Positions 58,762 to 64,000 of a stretch of DNA of 64,000 bases are shown here, piece after piece; the stretch's first letter is position 1, and each line of letters begins with the position of its first letter. Position numbers and translations under genes: made by a program. This DNA is from Candidatus Latescibacterota bacterium. Lineage in GTDB: Bacteria > Latescibacterota > UBA2968. The DNA lies in contig OZ220741.1 in the NCBI GenBank assembly GCA_965116885.1, positions 3,296,001 to 3,360,000 on the forward strand. The letters run 5' to 3'. The notes under the pieces are model-generated. The model searched no databases. It worked only from the letters and a program-made list of their open reading frames with translations, and was not told where the DNA came from.

Positions 58762-59616
58762 ATGGATATGACGAAACAACCGCCTCGCCGACCTACCAAC
58801 ACCTCGATGCTCGGTATTGTCTCGCTTGCGCGTTTGACCGATAAAGCGCGGGCGCACCGGGCTAATACGATTGGCGAACACCTCTATGGCGAGAACTCGG
58901 GGTTGGACAAGGTAGTACTCGATTTTCTCGGCGTCTCGGACGATGAGTTTGCCGATGCAGCCCAGCGGATGAGCGACGCGGAATTGTGCGATTGGTTGCG
59001 CGAAAATTACCCCAAGACAGAAGATGAGATTCAGGCGTACAACAACGAGATGCTCACCTGGGAACCCTTTGATGATGCGAGCCGCCAGCGCTTAAAAGAT
59101 CGTCTTGAAAAATTCAATGCCGATCCCGATAAGGTGAAAACGATGCTCCAATCTATGGAACTCGACGACTGGGGGTGTTTCCGGGATACCGATCTGACCC
59201 AACATCCACCGCGTTCGCCGTATAACCGCGATGTCGCTGGTATTTATGGCGGATCGCGCATGGGCGATAAAGCACGCGCGGCAAAGGCGGGCAAGCTCAA
59301 CGATTATATCTACGATTGTCCCATTGATCAGGTCATTCTCGATTTTCTCAATATATCCGCCGAAGATTTCCAGGACGCGGCTTATCACAATGTCAACGAT
59401 ATCGAACTCGGCGATTGGGTGCTCGAACACACGGATCGCACCCAGGATGAAATTTCGGGTCTGAACGAGGCTCTCTCTCAGAAGGGTCCCGAGAATGACG
59501 AGCAACGCGCAATTTTCAATATAACGCTCAAGCGTGTGACACCTGGGCGTACCGACGTCACCACATGGTTTGACCTTCTCGATCTGGACGACGCACACGC
59601 CTACAACCTGGGATAA
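58762..59616 (+). CDS. Tandem DUF5069-like domain protein
   Basis: Two internal repeats D(M/L)T..PPR...R..DKARA...Y.Y...D..LDFL; both end in LDD. Confidence 0.75.
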   Translation: MDMTKQPPRRPTNTSMLGIVSLARLTDKARAHRANTIGEHLYGENSGLDKVVLDFLGVSDDEFADAAQRMSDAELCDWLRENYPKTEDEIQAYNNEMLTWEPFDDASRQRLKDRLEKFNADPDKVKTMLQSMELDDWGCFRDTDLTQHPPRSPYNRDVAGIYGGSRMGDKARAAKAGKLNDYIYDCPIDQVILDFLNISAEDFQDAAYHNVNDIELGDWVLEHTDRTQDEISGLNEALSQKGPENDEQRAIFNITLKRVTPGRTDVTTWFDLLDLDDAHAYNLG

Positions 59617-59625
59617 GAGAGGGAT

Positions 59626-59898
59626 ATGTCAGAACCTGTCGAACTTCCAATTGATGGCGAACTCGATCTGCACCACTTTCATCCGGATGATGTCAAAGCT
59701 CTCGTGCCCGATTATCTCGATGAATGCAAATTGCACGGCATTTCCGATGTGCGTATCATTCACGGCAAAGGCACGGGTGTTCTGCGCGAAATCGTCCACA
59801 CCATCTTAAAACGCCGACCCGATGTCATCGCATATCATCTCACCGATCACAACTGGGGTTCGACCTCTGTTGTTCTCAATTTGAAGACGCAATCGTGA
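59626..59898 (+). CDS. Stand-alone Smr domain protein
   Basis: ELDLH, VRIIHGKGTGVLR, NWGST. Confidence 0.92.
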   Translation: MSEPVELPIDGELDLHHFHPDDVKALVPDYLDECKLHGISDVRIIHGKGTGVLREIVHTILKRRPDVIAYHLTDHNWGSTSVVLNLKTQS

Positions 59899-60659
59899 CG
59901 CCCAATTTAGAACTCGTCGAATATATCCAAAATGCCGAGCGCATTCTTATCTTCACAGGGGCAGGTGTTTCCACCGCGAGTGGCATACCCGACTTTCGCG
60001 GGCCAGATGGTGTGTGGAAAACCCGACGGCCGGTTTATTACCGGGATTTTATGACTTCTGAAGAGGCGCGTATTGAGGCGTGGGATCAAAAACTCGAGGG
60101 CTGGGCTGCCTTTGAAAACGCCCGTCCCAATGCCGTTCACAAGGCTGTTGTGAAGCTCGAGCGCTCGGACAAAATCGAATGCGTTATCACGCAAAATATC
60201 GATGGCCTGCATACCCGGGCTGGTACCTCTTCCGAACGTTTGATTGAATTGCACGGTACCAATGCAGAAGTCGAATGTCAGACCTGCGGCAAACGCAGCG
60301 ATCCCGAACGCCATTACGCTGCCTTTCGCCGCACAAGAAAGCCTCCCGTGTGCGAATGCGGAGGTTATCTCAAATCTGCCACTATCAGCTTCGGTCAACT
60401 GCTCATTGAAGCGGACTTGCACCGGGCAGCAAAAGCTGCGGCGAATGCCGATCTGGCGATCTCCCTGGGTTCTACTCTATCCGTTTATCCCGCCGCAAGC
60501 TTTCCATTGATGGCAGCAGAACGCGGTGCGCCCTATGTGATTATTAATAAGGGCAAGACGGATCACGATAGTTATGCAGATCTCGCATTGCGCCTTGAAG
60601 GCGATGTAACACAAATTTTCCCATTGGCCGTAGAAGAGGCCCTTCAGCCTGTTCAGTAG
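59895..60659 (+). CDS. Sir2/CobB NAD-dependent deacylase
   Basis: TGAGVSTASGIPDFRG, TQNIDGLH, ELHG, two CxxC-like zinc motifs; GTG start overlapping the Smr stop. Confidence 0.93.
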   Translation: MTPNLELVEYIQNAERILIFTGAGVSTASGIPDFRGPDGVWKTRRPVYYRDFMTSEEARIEAWDQKLEGWAAFENARPNAVHKAVVKLERSDKIECVITQNIDGLHTRAGTSSERLIELHGTNAEVECQTCGKRSDPERHYAAFRRTRKPPVCECGGYLKSATISFGQLLIEADLHRAAKAAANADLAISLGSTLSVYPAASFPLMAAERGAPYVIINKGKTDHDSYADLALRLEGDVTQIFPLAVEEALQPVQ

Positions 60660-60724
60660 CCCTGTCATTCTGAGCGTAATAGGTCTCAGACTACCTCTTG
60701 TTTAACCCTTAACTTGATGCATCT

Positions 60725-60782
60725 GGGCGACCACGAGGGATCGTCCCTACGATATCTTCGTGTTTCTTCGTGTCCTTAGTGG
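60725..60782. repeat. REP-like hairpin plus short tandem repeat
   Basis: GGGCGACC...GATCGTCCCTAC (GTAG on minus strand), then CTTCGTGTTT CTTCGTGTC CTTAGTGG. Confidence 0.45.
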
Positions 60783-60798
60783 ATTTCGCCTCTTTTTT

Positions 60799-62031
60799 AT
60801 GCTCACTTCCGACCTTTTGCTCGTGCGCCGTCGCGGGCCTTATATCGAGCCTCGCTATGTGGATACTACAGCGCCCAATATTATCGCGCTGGCAGAGGAA
60901 ATTATCGATATCTTCTCCGATCACCAGGGCAAGTCGCGCGGTGAATTACACAGTGCTCTGGACATGCGTGCGGCCGAGGCGACCGATTATCGCGTTCAGC
61001 GTGGCCTGACGAAATTGCTCGAAGACGACCGCTGTGAGTTTCGCATTGACAGCATTGTAGAACCCGAAGAAGTTCGCACACAGGTTTTTGGCCTCAGCCG
61101 AGAGAATCACCCTATTGTCAGGGAATCTGATCTCCTCTATCCCGTCACGCGCGAACACGTTCTTGATCAGGTCGCGCTCAAATATCAGACCTCGTCGGAA
61201 AATATCTCGCATAGCCTCTACGCAGACCTTCCCGTCAATCACTATCTCGATCGCTTTGACGCCCCCGATCCCGCGTGGTTGCTCAATCGCTACAATGTCG
61301 CACTCGCGCAGGCTATGTTCTATCGCTGTACCCGCATGCGACTCTCAGTGCATCGCAACTTGCCCGTGCGCTACAAACAGCTTTTCAAGTTTATCAAATT
61401 TTATCGCTTGATTCACGATATCCGCGGCGACCGGGATGCGGGATACGAAATCGTCCTCGATGGTCCCGTAAGTCTGTTTCGTCTCTCGCAAAAATACGGC
61501 ATTCAGATGGCTGTTTTTTTACCTGCGTTGCTCTTGTGTACCCGCTGGAAAATGGAGGCTACGGTCAAACTCAAAGATGGCCGCGAAGGCGATTTTGTCC
61601 TGGACGACAATCACAATTTGGTTTCGCACTACAAAGATCAGACCATGTACGATTCTCTTCTCGAAGAGACCTTTGCTACGCGCTTTGAAAAAGCCAAAAC
61701 CGACTGGGAACTCGAACGCGAAACAGAAATTGTGAATCTCAAAAATACGGTCTTCATCCCCGATTTTGCATTCCGCCATCCCGATGGCCGCACGGCACTG
61801 CTCGAGATTGTCGGTTTCTGGCATCCCGATTATCTGAGGCGCAAACTCGACAAGCTCCGCCGCGCTAATCGCAAAGACCTCGTCGTCGCTGTCTCCCGCG
61901 ATCTCAATGTCCAGGAAGAAGATTTCGAGGATGTGCCCGGGCATGTTTTCTTTTTTAAAACCCGAATCCAACCCCAGGATGTCGCCCGACGCCTCGATCA
62001 AATTCGCCCCGAAGATTGCGTAAATGATTGA
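60799..62031 (+). CDS. DUF790 / Bax1-like endonuclease
   Basis: MLTSDLL, LYADL, RYNVALAQ, LDGP.SLF...KYG, YDS.LE, IPDF.F....LEIVGFW.PDYL..K. Confidence 0.9.
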   Translation: MLTSDLLLVRRRGPYIEPRYVDTTAPNIIALAEEIIDIFSDHQGKSRGELHSALDMRAAEATDYRVQRGLTKLLEDDRCEFRIDSIVEPEEVRTQVFGLSRENHPIVRESDLLYPVTREHVLDQVALKYQTSSENISHSLYADLPVNHYLDRFDAPDPAWLLNRYNVALAQAMFYRCTRMRLSVHRNLPVRYKQLFKFIKFYRLIHDIRGDRDAGYEIVLDGPVSLFRLSQKYGIQMAVFLPALLLCTRWKMEATVKLKDGREGDFVLDDNHNLVSHYKDQTMYDSLLEETFATRFEKAKTDWELERETEIVNLKNTVFIPDFAFRHPDGRTALLEIVGFWHPDYLRRKLDKLRRANRKDLVVAVSRDLNVQEEDFEDVPGHVFFFKTRIQPQDVARRLDQIRPEDCVND

Positions 62032-62140
62032 ACATTGCGCGGGGAAATTGTATATTTGAAACTTCTGTTCTGTTCACAGCATCCCAAAATAGACAGACCT
62101 GCAAAATTCACAACGCGGTTCACTTTCAAAGGAGTGCATT

Positions 62141-64000
62141 ATGCGTAGATTATTTACCTTTACACTTTTCACTCTTACACTGGCTTCACCCGTCTTCGCC
62201 GGATTTACGCGCGTTAATGCGCCCAATCCCGACGATCCGATGAATGTACACATTTACAGACTCGACAATGGCCTTACCGTTTATCTCACCGAAAACCACG
62301 AAGAACCGCGTTTTTATGCCGAAATCCCCGTGCGTGCGGGAAGCAAACACGATCCCGCCGAATCTACGGGTCTGGCGCATTATTTGGAACACATGCTTTT
62401 TAAGGGGACGCAAAATATCGGGACATTGAATTACAAAAAAGAAAAAATGCACATTGACCGCATTATTGCGCTCTACGAAGATCACTTTCGGGAAACCGAT
62501 CCCGAAAAACGCAAGGCCATTTATGCAGAGATCAACAAAGCGTCTCAACAGGCCGCACAATACGCTATTCCCAACGAACTCGACAAGCTCTACAAAGCTA
62601 TGGGCGAGAGTGGCTTGAATGCACACACCTGGCACGAAGAAACCGTGTATAAAGTGGGGTTGCCCAGCAATTATCTCAAACATTGGGCAGAAATTGAGTC
62701 CGAACGGTTTCAAAATCCCGTGTTTCGCCTGTTCCAACCCGAACTGGAAGTGGTATATGAGGAGAAGAACCGCACATTGGATAACAAAGGCTGGCTCATC
62801 AGCGAGGCTGTGAATAAACATCTGTACAAAAAGCATCCCTACGGCCAGCAAACCACGATCGGCGAGGTTGAGCATCTCAAAAACCCCTCGCTCAAAAATA
62901 TGTACCAATTTTACGACACTTATTACGTGCCCAATAATATGGCGATTTGTATTTCTGGCGATATTGACATCGACGCGACGATTCAACTGATTGACGAACA
63001 TTTCTCAGCATGGAAAGCCAAAGATATTCCCGCACTCCAAACATGGGAAGAACCGCCCCTTAAAGGTGCTGAGCGCGTCACGGTCAAATTTCAGGGCGAA
63101 GAATACGTACTTCTGGCTTTTCGCACAAATCACCGCAGCCACAAAGATGCCGAAGCTCTAAAGCTGATTGATATGATCCTGGACAATCGCACTGCGGGGC
63201 TTATCAATCTCAATCTCGTGCAGCAGCAGAAAGTACGACGCGCTGGTAGTTATCCCTACTTACATAATGACTACGGCACGCAATATCTGTGGGGTATTCC
63301 AAAAAAAGATCAAACACTCGCAGATGTTGAGCAACTTTTGCTGGATCAGATTGCCATGATCAAACGCGGGGAATTTGACGAAAGCCTGCTGTCTGCGATT
63401 GTCACAGATTTTAAAAAGAATCAAAAACGAGGTTTGGAATCCAATCGCAGCCGTGTCAGACAAATGACCAGTGCGTTTCTGGGATTTGCCGAATGGGATC
63501 AAGAGGTTGCTGAAATTGCCCGAATGGAAAAAATCACGCGAGAAGATATCGTGCGTGTAGCCAACCATTATTTTGGCGAGGACTATGTTGCGGGCTATCG
63601 CATTGACGAACAACACGAGTTGCCCAAAATCGACAAGCCCAAAATCGACAAAATTGATATTGATCCGACCCGCCAATCCGAATTTGCAAAAGATGTATTG
63701 GCTATGCCTACCGATGAACTTTCTCCCGTTTTTGTCACCGATAAAGACTATACCATTGCACAGGTGCGGGACGGTGTGAAACTCTACTATGTGAAAAACC
63801 CGGTTAACGACCTTTTCACGTTTACACTCAGTGTGGATATGGGTACGTATCAGGATAATCGACTCAGCACGGCCAGGTCGCTTCTGGACAAATCTGGTGC
63901 CGGCGATCTGTCTCCCGATGCGCTGAAGAAAGAATGGTACAAACTGGGTACGGATTTCAATATTGGCGTGTCAGACAATGAGACCAATGTTAGCATTTCC
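62141..64000 (+). CDS. M16 (insulinase family) zinc peptidase with signal peptide, runs off window edge
   Basis: Manual translation MRRLFTFTLFTLTLASPVFA...LDNGLTVYL...RAGSKHDP..STGLAHYLEHMLFKGT (HxxEH). Confidence 0.92.
   Translation, partial: MRRLFTFTLFTLTLASPVFAGFTRVNAPNPDDPMNVHIYRLDNGLTVYLTENHEEPRFYAEIPVRAGSKHDPAESTGLAHYLEHMLFKGTQNIGTLNYKKEKMHIDRIIALYEDHFRETDPEKRKAIYAEINKASQQAAQYAIPNELDKLYKAMGESGLNAHTWHEETVYKVGLPSNYLKHWAEIESERFQNPVFRLFQPELEVVYEEKNRTLDNKGWLISEAVNKHLYKKHPYGQQTTIGEVEHLKNPSLKNMYQFYDTYYVPNNMAICISGDIDIDATIQLIDEHFSAWKAKDIPALQTWEEPPLKGAERVTVKFQGEEYVLLAFRTNHRSHKDAEALKLIDMILDNRTAGLINLNLVQQQKVRRAGSYPYLHNDYGTQYLWGIPKKDQTLADVEQLLLDQIAMIKRGEFDESLLSAIVTDFKKNQKRGLESNRSRVRQMTSAFLGFAEWDQEVAEIARMEKITREDIVRVANHYFGEDYVAGYRIDEQHELPKIDKPKIDKIDIDPTRQSEFAKDVLAMPTDELSPVFVTDKDYTIAQVRDGVKLYYVKNPVNDLFTFTLSVDMGTYQDNRLSTARSLLDKSGAGDLSPDALKKEWYKLGTDFNIGVSDNETNVSIS

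Noticed and set aside
59895..60659. Sir2 as an anti-phage NADase (Thoeris/DSR type)
   Set aside because: It has the zinc-binding, CobB-like housekeeping deacylase signature and size
62186..63001. 271-aa minus-strand ORF
   Set aside because: Antisense shadow of the plus-strand M16 peptidase, which the track omitted because it runs off the window

Overview
Bacterial chromosomal window with about 60 CDS, 4 tRNAs and a large (Alu-domain) SRP RNA. Gene content (seven PhyH-family Fe/2OG oxygenases, a sulfatase, a sialidase-like protein, a dockerin/EF-hand + CARDB repeat protein, a GGGP synthase homolog) resembles marine or sponge-associated FCB-type lineages such as Latescibacterota; this taxonomy is inference only. 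1-10.5 kb: blaI-blaR1(M56)-tonB locus plus metabolic genes including xylA. 10.7-25.1 kb: accessory, island-like mosaic ending at the 3' end of tRNA-Asn, with catabolic enzymes, a duplicated PhyH gene, an orphan AbiEi-type antitoxin, Fic and other remnants, and a NYN RNase gene behind a structured, terminator-ended leader. 25.4-45 kb: core genes (tadA-tRNAs-ffs-dnaX-ybaB-recR-pgsA-pgpA-recA-[repeat protein]-recX-alaS-pcrB-pfkB-ptsH-ptsI-metK). 45-64 kb: sigma54 two-component/Omp85 operon, xylB, a nucleotidyltransferase pair, an XPB...DUF790 cluster and an M16 peptidase. Best candidates for undescribed biology: (i) promoter-structured RNA-terminator-NYN RNase module with type III TA/AbiF-like layout; (ii) duplicated HxG-type (halogenase-like motif) PhyH paralogs with a hypervariable segment flanking a methyltransferase; (iii) a BlaI/BlaR1-DUF4837 regulon whose palindromic operator is shared with tonB; (iv) an RpiB homolog with a microcompartment-type targeting extension. 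No CRISPR array, integrase or transposase was seen. Family assignments come from motif recognition, not database searches.
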